Positions 39,901 through 53,476 of a DNA stretch of 64,000 nucleotides are shown one piece after another. Origin of the DNA: Tubiluchus corallicola (taxonomy: Eukaryota; Animalia; Priapulida); contig JAQGDQ010000013.1 of assembly GCA_030141605.1 (NCBI GenBank), forward strand, positions 448,447 through 512,446, given 5' to 3'. Made by a program: the position numbers and the translations under genes. Below the pieces are notes generated by a model. That model saw only the letters and a program-made list of their open reading frames with translations. It had not been told where the DNA came from and ran no database searches. How positions within the stretch are numbered: the first letter of the stretch is position 1; each line of letters starts with the position of its first letter.

Positions 39901-40239
39901 AGGTATTATCAGTTTAAAGGTGTTGCTGGATAGTTTGAAGTAGTTTCACCTTTCTCCGTCCATATGCCTCTTTTAGCAATGGAGCAAGGGAATACTTTGT
40001 GAGTTGAGTGATTCCAATCGATAATGAGATAAGTGTCTGTCCCGCCACAATCATTAACGACGATTTTGCCTTGGAATTGACTGATAGTAAGAGCTCATTT
40101 AAACCAAAAGAGGTACTTATTTTGATAAATTCTGTTTATTTTCAGGGCTGATGTCTTGCTCTCCAAATCCGTGTAAAAATGGTGCCCAGTGCGTAACAGT
40201 GAGAGGTCACAATACGACGAGAGGTGAAAGTTATTGCAA
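36935..40239 (+). CDS. Notch: Notch-type EGF-repeat receptor, coding exons 1-2; gene continues beyond the right edge
   Basis: Exon 1 36935-37004 encodes the signal peptide MCRRTVTLWIFFGLIFCTFPSVQ(G), then a phase-1 GTATGT donor. Exon 2 40146-40239 (tttcAG acceptor, phase-2 GTAAGT donor) encodes GLMSCSPNPCKNGAQCVTVRGHNTTRGESYC, the first four Cys of an EGF repeat. Signal exon, split EGF1 and a very large second intron form the conserved Notch layout. No exon 3 was recognised up to 64000. Another EGF-repeat protein cannot be fully excluded. Confidence 0.8.
38143..38543 (+). mobile_element. Dispersed repeat, family 3 (TTAA-ended, Kolobok-like)
   Basis: Colinear with 49770-50538; both end ...ct|TTAA. 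Confidence 0.75.
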
Positions 40240-40329
40240 GTAAGTTATTACCAGATTACTTAACAGTGAAGTAATTACACTTTTCTACTGTTGTGGCATT
40301 TTAACGATGCATGTTAGATGAACACAAAT

Positions 40330-40800
40330 GAGCAGATAAACAGTATGTTATTTATTCTGTAATCTTCGGAGAGCAATACATGAGTGACAAGGCCGTTGAA
40401 AAGTGAAGTAAAATAATAAAGGACTACTACAAAAACAATGGAAATTAAAACAAAGTGATAATAATAATAATATAAGTAGAAGATTACCGTTAAAAACACG
40501 ACGAATTAAAATAGCTGTTTACAAGTGTCTTGCTAAAATCAACATGATATAGTCGTTTTTTAAATAATTTTCTGTTGCCAGCATTTACAGTTGGATCATC
40601 ATTCACATATGGTGGTAGTTTATTGCATAAACTCATAATTCTGCTATTGAAGAAATATTTGAGGGCAATTGAGTGAGCTTTTTTCATTTGTAATTTCAAA
40701 TGGTGGGCCCTCGTAATATTTGCAAGTGGTGCAATGTTAAAAAAGATTCACTTAAGACATCACGAATTATGCTATGGCACATAATTAGATCATTATAAAC
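40330..40800 (-). mobile_element. CR1/L2-type LINE 3' remnant
   Basis: Minus-strand translation gives KYFFNSRIMSLCNKLP...FKKRL, resembling the CR1-clade ORF2 C-terminus, followed by an AT-rich tail. Confidence 0.6.
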
Positions 40801-41389
40801 GTACAAGTAACCTAGTAATGTACAGATTAGCTAGCGCAGGGCAATACTACTCAGTCTACCCGCCAAGAGTAAACCCTAGTAAAAGAACTTTCAACTTGCT
40901 GTATGTGTTTCACTCTCATTAATCAGAGAGCAACTGCGAACACGAACCTCTCATAAACTCAGTTAGTGCTTGTGTTGAAAGAGTGCCTGGCTTTTTACCA
41001 GTTTTCGTGTGTAATCGTAGAAAGTCCTGGGACCTGGGCACACATGTTTGTTACGTTACTTGCGTATGGTTATGTAGACAGCTGTTATACTGGCTTCAAA
41101 CAAAGAACCGTCAACGGAGAGGATGGTATCGTAATAGTAAATTCCAAAGGTCACTTTTAAATTATACACAAATTAACAATACTACGATGAACGCAATTTT
41201 ATTATGTTTTGATTAGCTTTTTAAATAAAATTATATATTTAATTTTTTTGCCTACCCCGAGACCCTTTCACGTTGGTAGTGTTGTTACTGACCGTTAAAA
41301 TGCACAACTCAGAAATATATGTGCTATCCGCGTGTACAAAAGGCGCACAACTAAGTGCGCGCAGTTATACATGTATATTTTTTTCTTAA

Positions 41390-41891
41390 AGGAAAGAACA
41401 AGTCACTCAGTATGTTGGGTTTATTTTATTGTTATCACTTAAACTTAGAAAAATATAACAAAGAAATTTGCAAAAAACTGCCTACAAAGCATAAATAGAA
41501 ATTTTTTGCCGCCTTTCACTTAAGGTTGTGACGTAACCGGGGGACTTCGAGGCTTTCCGTAAGCGAGCGCTGCTTAAACTAATTCAAACTTCTGCAATTT
41601 ACTTGATGTTCCCGCAAAAACATTACAAAATTAGCTATCAAAAATTAGCTTTTTTGTAAAAACTTATTATACTTTTGATGAAGATTGGCAGTACTTTTTT
41701 CAAGACGAATGACGTCATTGGAAGAAGGATGGGCGTTGAAAATGTGAGCGACAAGCGTGAAGTGATCGCGACTTTAACGTGATTTTACTAATTACACGAG
41801 GCGCTTATTGCAGTTTTATTACTAAATCCTGCTAACATTTTTCACGTACATTGCTATAAAAGCCGAACCTCCTAGAAGGTTTGATCTTTCT
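41390..41891 (+). mobile_element. Kolobok-like MITE family 1, copy 1
   Basis: TTAA|AGGAAAG ... CTTTCT|TTAA, about 500 bp; aligns with the copies at 44231, 53010 and 62282. Confidence 0.8.
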
Positions 41892-44230
41892 TTAAATTAC
41901 GATAAAATACTAAAAAATATTAGCAGCATTTTTTCTTGTTGCTTACGTGCTGTAACATTTTCTTCAGCGAAGCATTATAATTGGAGTTCTTGTACACGTG
42001 GAAGCATGTAGGAGGGATTGAGGTCTTTAGGGACAGATGTCCATATGGCGCAGCTGTTAGAGTAAGCCTCTATTGTGTTGAACAAAACGTTCCCACGTTC
42101 TCTTGCTGTTATTTAAACCTCCATCAGCCGGCTGGTGATTGGCCGAGAGTTGTAAAACGTCAGATTCACCGTATCGATTTCACTATCCCCGTAACTTGAC
42201 TTAATGCTGGCCGGATCAGTTTTGTTTACTAGGTTTTATATAGTAGCAAGATTTTTAGTTTGTTCAGTGTGTAGTACTGCTTGGCTGTAAGATTTCTTTA
42301 AAAACACCATACTGAAAATAATTGTTCTTAAGTGTTTAAATATTTCAGCATAATATAATGAATTAATATGATTTTATAAATTCACTCTTAAAACGACGAA
42401 AGCATAATCAATATCATTAACGATATGTGGTGATTCTAGTCAGAAACATTTGTTGAATATTATTAGTAAAATATTTTAAATGCTTCTAGCTGGCGTATAA
42501 TAATTATAGTATGGATTCATGATGTCACCGTGGAATTCCATTTTCTTGTTTAGAGTTTTTATGATCATGGTGTGAAATCTGTTCAAAATTCAGTGGCGAA
42601 CTGTAAGTCAAACGTAGAATTCGTTATGTGAAATTAAATAAATCATAGCTTTGTTATTGTTCAGCAGTGACTGCATATCGTGCAGAATATGGAAAATAAT
42701 TAAATTGATTTGAAATTATATTCGCAATTTTTATATATATTTAATTAACACATACTTCCCAAGCAGTAGCAAATGAATACGTCGATTTTTTTGAAGTTGC
42801 GCAAAAATTATAGCCTAATTTTTGCGTTTATTTAAAATTATCAGTTTTGTCAGTTTTTAAAAAATACTGTATCTGTTTAAAAACGTACACGCGCACAGCA
42901 ACTTTAGGCAATAGCGGGTACTGTACCTGTGTTGAGTTTGTGGGCTACTGTACTGTAGGTGTTTGTACGTAACTGACGCTGTGGCTACTGTACTGTAGGC
43001 GTATAGTAATAGTGTGACCTAGTGATTATAACAAACCCAAGCCGGCCGCGTCCTACAGTCTGCCTACAAACAAAGACGTGGATTTGCACAAAGCCGCTGC
43101 TGACGCTACCTGCACGTGCGATACGCAGCTTTAATGTCGATTTAATTTGCTTCAAAACTTACTTGCTGATTTTACGCATACACGTAAGACAGCGCCGCAA
43201 ATATATTGTAGGCGGTTTAATCAAATTTGGACAATTTTACAACTCTGTTGACAGTGACGTGTATCAGTCTTAATGTCGCGATGGTATCATAAAGTTCAAC
43301 AGTTAGAGCAAATCCAGGTAAAAAAGATATAGGCAAAAAGACATAACCCTAACCTTAGCCAAAATTTATTAATCCTTTTTCATGACTTTTTCTTGTGACT
43401 TTATTAACGTCCATTGTTAGCACATGCAGTGTATATATTAACCAACGTTAATGTGCGTGTTTTGAGATCAAAAAATGCCAAATTAACCTTAATTTTTTAG
43501 ACAAGAAACTACGTCTTTTTTTATTTTGCTTATTTGTTTGAAGAAAATAATTGTTTTCGACATAAAAATTTAGTTTTTTTAATGAGTGAGATCTGTATTT
43601 AAATCTTAACGTCGAAATAATGTCAAAATAAACGGCTAGGAAATTAAGTGTGTCCCCATCGTTAGTAGAACATTTCTTTGCTACAAGTAACTAATGCTCA
43701 ATCGTGAGTCCATCTGTTCAGTAATATAATCTGTGACGTTGATCTAAGAAGTCAAGTCCATTTTGAAACTTGGTTGAAGCGTGGTCCTAGTTTGATTATA
43801 CGTTTGAATGCATTGGTTCTTTGTGAAGTCACAAGTCATAGCTACGTGTCCCATTCACTGTACCTTCAACTCACATTTATCACAGGTGTATGCGGGTGAC
43901 TGGGCAACTCCCTTGCCCAAAACCAAAAATGTTCTCGCTCAGATAAATACGGGACACCCGACTGTGCTTGAATAGAGGAGTACGTCCGTCACTTTTCCTG
44001 GTTCTAGTAAGAAACTGACACAGCTGTTTAAAGAACTTCACATGTTTGAGCAGGTGTATTCAAGTAGTTTGATGGGCTTAGAAACTGTTTTGGTTTTGCA
44101 AGCATTTCGTACCAACGTTGATATTTCCTCAGTTTAGTCGACAGTAAACCTCGTTTGTTATAGCAGTAGCTAAACTCGGTAACTATGGCACTTAGCTAAG
44201 CCTAGACTTGCCTATATTTTGCACCATTAA

Positions 44231-44707
44231 AGGAAAAGACAAGGTTTATTTTGCTATTGTCACTTGAGCTTAGAAAAATATAACAAACAAATTTTAAGAA
44301 AAGTTGCCTTTAAAGCATGAGTTTAATTTATAAAGCCGCTAAAACACGTAAATGTATTGTGGTTTTCCGTAACTAATTCGAACTTCTGTAGTTCAGCTAA
44401 TGTTCGTACAATAATATTACAGAATTAGTTATCTAATTTCTTTTGTAAAAGCTCATTATACATTTGACGTAAACTGACAGTGCAGTGCTTTTTCCAATCG
44501 ATGAACGACGTCGTTGGTGGAATAAGCTGTTCAAAATGGAAGCGCCCAAGCATGAAATGTCCGCAACTTTAAAGTGATTTTACTAATTACAAGACGCACT
44601 CATCACACTTTTTATTATTAAATCTTTTAACAGTGAGTTAAATTAAATCAATTAATTAACTCTAAAACTAAAATGAGCTCAACTTCTCAGCCGACTTAAC
44701 CTTTCCT
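44231..44707 (+). mobile_element. Kolobok-like MITE family 1, copy 2
   Basis: TTAA|AGGAAAAG start; body colinear with 41390-41891. Confidence 0.7.
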
Positions 44708-45465
44708 CTAAAATGCTAGTTTCTCACAACTCAAATATAAAATGTAAATTTGAAGTTCATTTTTTGTATAATTCAGTGATCTTGTCCTTTAAGTTATCCC
44801 TTTTACTTGATCAGATTTTTCTAAACCCGTAAGATACAGCACAAATGCTGTAAAAATTTATTCATTTGATTAAATTTTCTTAACTCATGATTTTGTGGTA
44901 AAGTACCAGCATATATATATTCATTTTAAACACTTTCGTACTGCCATATAAAATAGCCTGCAAGCTCCCTAGGCTTGTTGTATTCTGTTTTTGAAATCTG
45001 AAGTTGTTTTAAGTATGATACAGTGGTAATGGTGTGCGCTTTGCCATTATTGGGTAAATTTTAGAGAAGTTTAAAAAACGTTTAATTTGTCATTATATAC
45101 TCTAAATTATGTGTAAAAATTGTAAAAAATGCTGTAAAAGCAGTTAGAAAATACATTCACGGTAAGCGTTAAATTCAGGTAAATCAAATTTACAAAACTG
45201 TTTGTTGTGGGTGTGAATAGCAGGTACAGACGTTTAGACGTTTTTTTTAAATTGTGAATAATTTTTAATGAAGCTGTGAACACTCATTTTATGGCTATAA
45301 AAACGTAGTCTTTGTGTAAACCAGAATGTGCAAGGAATATACTAATATCTGTGATTCTGTTGTAGCGCGTGTTCTTTCAAATTTGAAAGAGTTAAACGGG
45401 AATGTAAATAATGGTGGCGTCTTTAGCTGTAGCTGGATTAGACACATTTAAACAGTAAACTAAAA

Positions 45466-45468
<3 letters not shown>

Positions 45469-45527
<59 letters not shown>
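45469..45527. repeat. (TA)n microsatellite
   Basis: Seen directly. Shorter (TA)n tracts occur at about 16359-16388 and 30302-30332. Confidence 0.98.
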
Positions 45528-45529
<2 letters not shown>

Positions 45530-48500
45530 GCTTAATTTCCTTATAATTACATGTATAATATAAGGAAATGTGTAATATATACAGTATATATTCAAATTGA
45601 AAATGGTGCTAGTGATTTATCCAGGTTGATTTTAGAGAATTCTGTTTAATTTAATAAAATTTAATTAAGCTGAAAGCGATACCACGTCACCAGTAATTTA
45701 CAACCTATAGCAGATTTTTATTTTAGTGAATTTTTGTTTAATCAACTAAACCCCATTTGCAACTTTAATAGCTTGTAAAACATACCCATACTTGTAAAGC
45801 TTGCTTTATTTTTTTGACGTTTTCTCTTCTTTTCCCACAGCAGGGAGCTGTGTCATGTACTCATAAATTTAAATGAGCGTCGCTTGAAGCGCTGTACTAA
45901 TAACTCCCGACAATCGCCCCATTTATCGGCCCTATTATTCAACATGGCGTCCTATCCCCGGGATAACATGTACTTTGCGACGCTTCCTAGGTTACTTGAA
46001 TAATAATTTCCTATATAATTTAAGCATCCTCGCCTGCGATGGTATTGTAATGTTTCGTGTTCTTTAATAAAATCGTTGTTGCGTTATTGCTTGCATATGT
46101 GATTATAGACATGAAGGATTTGCCGCAGAATTTTGTGAGAATTTCACGTTATATACCCATCAACGCATTAAATTTATACAAATTAATATATATCTAAGAA
46201 TTAATGTATTCAGTGAGCACTTTGATATATATGTAGATGTGTTTGTTATAAATTATGGTATTTTTTCAATCGGCTACGCTTAAAAAGAGCCCTGTATTTG
46301 TAGGGACGTGTTCCTGTGCATGTTGTTTATTTAGGTGTGTGATTTGTTTATTGTACTTGTTTATGTTTGTAAAATAAAGCGTTTATATTATATAAAACAG
46401 ATCAACTTTATAGCAAAAAATTTGATTGATGCGGAACTACAGTAAGTGTAATATAAAATTAAAACGCACGATGCAGAATTTGCTGAATTTTCTCCCTTGA
46501 AAATGTCTTCAGATTAACACTGTTTAAAATTAAACGCGTTATTTAATAGTCTGACAGGACCGTTCACGCTTTAATTAATGTCTGCAAACCGCAAAGGATA
46601 ATTACCGTGTTCAGGATAAGAAATGTGTTCGGTGTTCTTGACGAGTGCTGTTTTTTCCTACATGAAAGAAGTTCTGGTGTTTGAACGAGTTTGCGAATAT
46701 TCGTCTCGAATTTTAGTTTTTTCGCACCTGTCGCGTATTTGACCTTCTCCGAATTTGTTATTTTTACTACGGTTTGATTATCGTCTGATGTAAGACAGTA
46801 AGGGTAAAGTATTCTTCTAGTAACAACAAACATTTTGTACGTTCTCAAATACCTCGTGATTTATGCAACCAGTATATCAACAAAATTGTTCCTCTCTGTG
46901 AAACTTTTGTCTGTACAGTAACCTTTGTTTCACTCGACTGTACTCGCCGCTTAAGGGTGCCATAACTGCTCTTACTTGAAATGTGAGCTGTTTTGCAAAT
47001 TTTCCTTTGCTGTCTGTAATTACTCAACCGCTGTTCTGATAAAGAAAACTTACTAGCCGTGAATTAATCATAAATTTACAGTGCACTTTGATAATTTTTT
47101 GATAATACGATAATTGTAAAACTGTCCCACTGTACTACCCTTCCCTGTGCTGCTATTTACAAGTGGAACGAGCTAAGATGTCTGCTATTCTCTTCACCAC
47201 ACTGCCTGGTCATCCAAACCAGTTCTTCGCTTTATGAAGTCGCAGCTAGGCAGTAAATCGGACAAATCTTTAGACGTGCATTCCAATAGAACAAAGAGCT
47301 TTTCAAGTTTCTAGTGTGGGAAAGATTTTGCCGCAGACCGGTCAGCATTACTGTATCGGTGTTAGACAATTCTAGACAATACGTCTTAGAGAAAATGGAG
47401 GATTTTAAGCATTGAATTTACACATTTATTCATTAAAACATCGAATTAATAGAATGCTAATACTTTAGTGCTTTTCGTTTACACATTGTAAAATAGTGAA
47501 ACGAGGTACTCTAGCCACCTAGTTTATACTCAATGGTGGGAAAATGTGTAGGGAATTGTATTAGCCACTATTAGCTAGGCCTGAGCATGCTTCATTTTAA
47601 GAACTGTTTGGCCTGAAATGTATCTTTTGTGTGTGGGTGATCTCCTTTTGATAAACTTTATATTTTCGCTTTGATAATCTTATTAACAAAGTTGTCTTTA
47701 AATATAAAGTCAAATATTTTAGGGGGGGGGGGTAGAATTTTATATCTAGATAATCCCTAGAGCGCAAACCAAGACAGGCTTTGACAGGAATAGCACAAGT
47801 TCACATACTAAATTTATGAAGTCTAAAATTTTAAAGTCTGATGTTCAGTGAAAATAAAAACCATCCTGAATTTTGAAGCTACTACAGATTGTGAGAATCA
47901 ATTTCGTTAATCCAAAATCTGAGAAGTATTTGATTTTTAAGATGGTGTATCAGTATGGCGGAGTTCATTTTCACCTTGTGATTAGCATCACGAAAAGTTA
48001 ATTGACTTTGACTTTAGTGGTGGTCTGCAATGACTCATTTAAATCACGTTTGGGTCTTTGCAAACAGTGATAGTCAACTTTTACCCTCAGTTTAACTCTT
48101 TGGCCTATTCTTTATTAAATCATCGATTTCAAAAGACTCTAGTGTCATTCTTTTTAACACTTTCGCATTTGTGCTGATGAATTATGGACGCACATTCCCT
48201 CGTACAACATCGTGCATCAATTGCATTGCTAGGAAACTAGAAATGAGCGTGAGCCTGAGAACTTTTGAAGACTGCCGCTATTGGATTTTTCTACAACAGT
48301 GCTTTGACCAGTTTCTTAAGGCTTATGGCTATTAAGAGGATGCATTGAATAGACTTTGTTATTAGTCATTTCAGCCCGAGGCTTGTTTCCTTCTCACTCC
48401 AGCACTTTGAGTCAAAATTTCTTTTGTTGCTTTCTCGGATAGAGGTATTCTCTCATTGAGAAAATCTGGAAACGTTTTACAGGCTTTAGCAGGGCTTTTC

Positions 48501-48864
48501 ATTTGAGCATGTTCTGTTTTCGTTCTCATGGTAGGGGTTACATTATGACTGCCCTTAACCAAATTACCCCTATGTATGCATAGCCATGTCAAATAAATAT
48601 TCAGGTAAATAAGTATCAGTATCAATGAGTTTGTTGCGTGTGTAAAAAGTGCAGTACTTGAGGGTGGTGATGAACGAAGAGTCGAAACATGTTGCATATT
48701 TGCTAATAGTACAGTGAAAAAATCATTTATCTGTCAGCAGGATTGAAAGGTGTCATCGACTTCAGGTCTATGTGGAAGCTGACGTAAGGAGGGGAGGTAT
48801 GACATGTATATGTGCCTATAACATGCTTAACTATTAGAAAAGCAAAGCGTCCCAATGCTTGACG

Positions 48865-49270
48865 CCAAATGAGGCGCATTCGAGAAGATTTAGCTTTATT
48901 CTACCAAATTATTCATAGAAAAGTTGATGTTGATTTTGGCAAATTTTTTACTCGTGTATCTTGCAATAGAACAAGACAAAATCATTCTCTGAAGCTGGTC
49001 AATTTTTCACAAATCGAGTTGTACCGATTTGAAACTCATTGCCTGCAAATGTCGATGGTACATCCCTCGTAACTGCACAAAATATTAAGTTATTTAAAAG
49101 CCGCTTATATAAAGTTAGCTTACATAAATTTCTTGTACACAATAGACACATGAAAGCAGTTAATCGCTTGTAAATATTGTATTTTTGTTTTTTGCCAATG
49201 TGTTTTATATTATATAGTTCTAATTATAGACTGTATTTTATAATTGAAATGTGTAAATGAAGTATTAAAC
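48865..49270 (+). mobile_element. CR1-type LINE 3' remnant
   Basis: RRIREDLALFYQIIH...TRQNHSLKL resembles the RR.R.DL...YKI / TRGH..KL motifs at the CR1 ORF2 C-terminus. Confidence 0.65.
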
Positions 49271-49769
49271 AATAGAAGTAGTACTAAACGCAAGCATTAC
49301 TCCTTGCTCGCCCTAGTACACGTTCTAGTGTATTAAAATAGTACACACAATTCCTGATTCATGATATGCGTATACAGTTAAACTAAGTAATATTTGTAGA
49401 CTCCAATCTTACCGTTTTTATCAGTTATCGTGTGCCCAAAAGGTCTCAAATCAGAGATGTTTGTGTTCAATGTTTACCGACACCAACGATCAGCTACTTT
49501 CATATCATGGTCTTATTTAACTTGCCTGTGTTTTTTCGATAGGGATGGGTGCAATCTTGCGTTGTGCGCGTGCAAGGTGAGCAACCTTGATCGGGTACTG
49601 TCGCGTCCACGTGCCCTTTAAACAAAAATAAAATTGTGGGGGCGCACTTGCCGTGCTAATAAATTGTGGCCTTATCTAATCGTGTCAAATGGTTTTGTTT
49701 GAGCTTTGCGAAAGTGGTGTGCGATAAAACTGTTAAAATTTTTAAAGCAAAACCTGACTCAATCTTAAA

Positions 49770-50538
49770 CTGTAGGTCAAAACAGTCTACTCTTTAAAAT
49801 AGTGAAAAGAAACATGCATTTTTTCCAGTATGACTTACGTGAAAGAATTATTACCATGCAAACACAATTTTGTATTCGCGCCACTAGTTCTTCGCTATTA
49901 CATGCATTTCGTCATTCGTTAATTAGACGGGCACTAGCGCGTGCATTACGGAAACGCATTGCACAAAAAACGGGTGCTGTACCTCTCAGTTCAGATGTGT
50001 TAGTTTGCGACGAACTACACACATTCGACAGCTCATGCGTGAGCACAGCTGTCAATTGGAAATCTTAAAACTTGCCTAGTTTTAGTACAAAACACTGAGT
50101 ATCTTACAGTAGCTTTATACTTCGATTTTCGCTTTCACAAACACGCACGACAGGCTTATGGATATTTTTGCTGTTGAAAATTATAATAGTTAGTGATGTC
50201 ATCAATGGTTGGACTCGCCCACCATTAATTAAATTTTCTATGATTTAATTATCGTAAACGCTTTTGCAGTATTAATAATGTTAAAATGTATACTACAGTT
50301 AAAGCTTGTTGTCCCCCCCCTCCTTATAATGTCAGTCTCGCTTAATGGCAAAATTTTTCACAAAACAAAATGTCTATATTTGCTTAGATATGCATGTATT
50401 AATGCATCTTGTTATAACACCAAACTTGCTGTAACGGCCAACTTTTTTGCAGTCCTAAAATTGACGTTTTAAAGAGGTCTGACTGTATTCATCAGACTTG
50501 AAAATGGGGTAGTATATGAAAAATCATGCTGTCTTTCT
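49770..50538 (+). mobile_element. Family 3 repeat carrying a nested Tc1/mariner-type MITE (50296-50485)
   Basis: Colinear with 38143-38543 apart from insertions. One insertion is TA|cagtt...gactg|TA. Confidence 0.75.
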
Positions 50539-51890
50539 TTAAACTGAAAAATTTCAGTTAGTCCGTAGTACATATAATTGGTATTAGAGAGGTACCTGTT
50601 CTTTTTTGGCTAATGAAAATTTGTAATGAGTTAAGTTTTTATATACTCAGTTGAATTTTGGGAAAAGATATACGGCAAGTCTTTTTAACAAAATTACGTA
50701 GATGTTTTCTTTTTAAGCCTTGTGTTGTCGCTATTTTTTGCTTTCTCTGACTGAGTCTTGTTGTTGCAAGTCTGATTTCGTGCAAATCTAGACCATGTCC
50801 TGTCTGTTTCTGCAATGCAGTTTTTTATACGTTCCTGTAGTTTTTTCCTGTCTACATGTCTTGTCCAGGTTTTTTGCGGGATTGATTATGATTCCAGGGA
50901 TAGGGCCTGCGGGTTTACTACACGACGATGCTTCATGTCTCTTTTACTAAACACTCAAACGACTTGTTCGCGGTATTCAAGGACGCATCGGTTAGTTAGA
51001 TAAGTACTGCAGTGAAGAATCCTGTCATGTTTGCGCAGTGATTTGTGTAAGCTCTCAACATGCAGTTTTCAATACAGACAATCAAGTTTTGCTGCATTTC
51101 TGTTTGACTAGGTGCTCTTGCTCACAAATGCCCTATCCGATGCCCCACCATTCATTTTTGTTGTCGTTGAGTGTATACGGTAACCGCTCTTTCTTACAAG
51201 CAGCGTTCTTTGTCACGCAAATCCTAGCAAAGGATATTGATACTGGGGACTCTTTCGCATGATTACGGTTTAGTACTACACTTACCGAATGTGAATAACT
51301 CACACAAGTTTAGTTAATATGCAACATTTGCCGTTTGGGCGCATAATCAGGCTGTAGGAAAAAACTGTATAGCAACGTTTGCTGTATTTTTGAGAGATTA
51401 GACACCTCCAATTTCAGCAGCTGCTGTGAATTCCAATCGGGCCGAGTTAAATTTTTGAAATAACTGCGTTTATCATCGTTGCATAATTTCTACAACGAGG
51501 AGTACAGTTTAAACACGGCTACTGAAACACTGAGCGGTTAATGTGTGAACCGTTCACTTGTTTACGAACTTCACTTTTTTCCAATGTGAAAACAAAAACA
51601 TATTTCCTGTCGTAAAACTTTGAAACCTTTCCTTGCAAAAACGGGGGTTAATAAACAATATATTTTTCACGAGCGACTATTTGAACTTCGTTGTATTGTA
51701 CTTGGGCTTTTAGATACGAGGAGGAGGTGGCAGTGGTTTTTTAAAGATGCATTGGGCACATTCTAGTCTAACCCACATCTTAATTCAAAACCAAATAGAC
51801 AAAAATAGTGAAAGCACACGACAGTCACATACACAATGTAAAAGCAATAATGACAACAAAGATTATACATTGTTTGCTGATATACCAATG

Positions 51891-52327
51891 AGCCTTTTCA
51901 CAGTTTCGCTGTGCGCACGCGCTGTTGGTGTTGGTTAAAGGTTAAATGTACCACAGCAACGCGTCTTAACTACAACCGTCACGTGACGTGTGGGTAAAGC
52001 AAAGCCACATTAGTTCAGTAATTTCAGTTGTTTTGCGTGGTTAAGCTGTCATTTTTTCGTAGCATCTGCGCCTAGCAAGATCTTGCTTGGGAACAAGAAA
52101 AAATGACTAGGCAATGTTCTAGCTAGCTGTTGAAACGGTTACTGTTACAGTAACATGGGTTGCGAGGTGTTGTCAAGTTGTACATGAATGCGTTGTCTGG
52201 TACACTTAACCTTTGACCTTTTCTCGATCATCATCAATCGCTGGAACTCTGAAATAAGGAACAACCAACAGCACTGAGGGACCATAGGGCTCCATCTGTA
52301 CAAGCGCCCCAAACTGAGGCCAAGACT
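51891..52327 (+). mobile_element. Second copy of the Harbinger-like MITE
   Basis: High similarity to 22903-23365. Confidence 0.75.
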
Positions 52328-53009
52328 AAGGGAGAAACGTGCAAAGTAGAAAGCCAGAGCAGGGCCCGCAAAAACTATACTAGTTAGTAAAAGGAATGTT
52401 AATTAAGTTCATAAGTTGTGATGTTGATAAAATGATTTAGTATTTGTGCGTGAGTAATTATTCTCAAGTAATGTTCTCACGATGCAAAAACTCGCATTGC
52501 AATGAGAGAATGTTTTCAATGGCAAATGCAGTTTATTTTAATTCACTTGATCTGTGTTGGAAAACCTGTAATGTTGTGGTTGTAATTATAAACATTTAAC
52601 CAACTATGTCTGCAGTGTTATATTGCAAGGTGAAGTTAATATAACCTATTACACCTTCAATACATGGATTTTATAGTCTATTGTTCCTAATAATTTTAAG
52701 CAAATTTATTTGATAAGGATTCATAAATATACGCTTCGTGTAAGAAGATGAAACGCTGATTGTAATTAATTAGTTCCTGTGGTTAAATAAACTTTTTGTG
52801 ATTTTTCTCTGAAGTGGTGCTGAAATAACCCGGTTTATTTGTTTATTTAGCACACGGTTCTAGTTTACAAACAAAGTTCGTCAACAATGCAGTTTAATTT
52901 GTTGATTAATTTGCCTCGCAAATTTAGAAATCCCACTCGCTTTTCTATTGATTGCATAGGCATGTAAATTGATTTTACCAGTAACCTCATATTTACTTCT
53001 TTCATTAAA

Positions 53010-53476
53010 AGGAAAGAACAAATCATTCAGTCTGTCGAGTTTATTTTACTGTTGTCACTTAAACTTAGAAAAAGAAATTTGTGAAGAACTGTGTGTAAAG
53101 CATAAATTTAAAATACACTATCACTGTTTGAAGATCATGATGTAACGAGGAGACTTCGTGACTTGCGTCGTGGCTTTCCGTAAGCTCTCGCTGCTTGAAC
53201 TAATTCAAACTTGTACCACTTACCTAATATTGACGCGAAAGTATTACAAAATTAGCTATTTGGTTTTTGCGTAAAAACTTATTATACTTTTGATTTGATG
53301 AAGATTGACAGTGACTAATGACGTCATTGAAAGAAAAATGGTCATGGTTACGTTCGCGACTTATAAAGTGATTTTACTAGTTACATGAGGCGCTTATTTC
53401 AGTTTTATTACTAACTCCTCATATTTTTGGCGAACATTGAAATAAGCCCAAACTCTCAGAATGCTTGACTTTTCCT
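53010..53476 (+). mobile_element. Kolobok-like MITE family 1, copy 3
   Basis: aggaaagaacaa start and tttcct|TTAA end; body colinear with copy 1. Confidence 0.75.

Noticed and set aside
43340-43362. taaccctaacct telomere-like motif
   Set aside because: Too short for an interstitial telomere; a common motif within invertebrate repeats.
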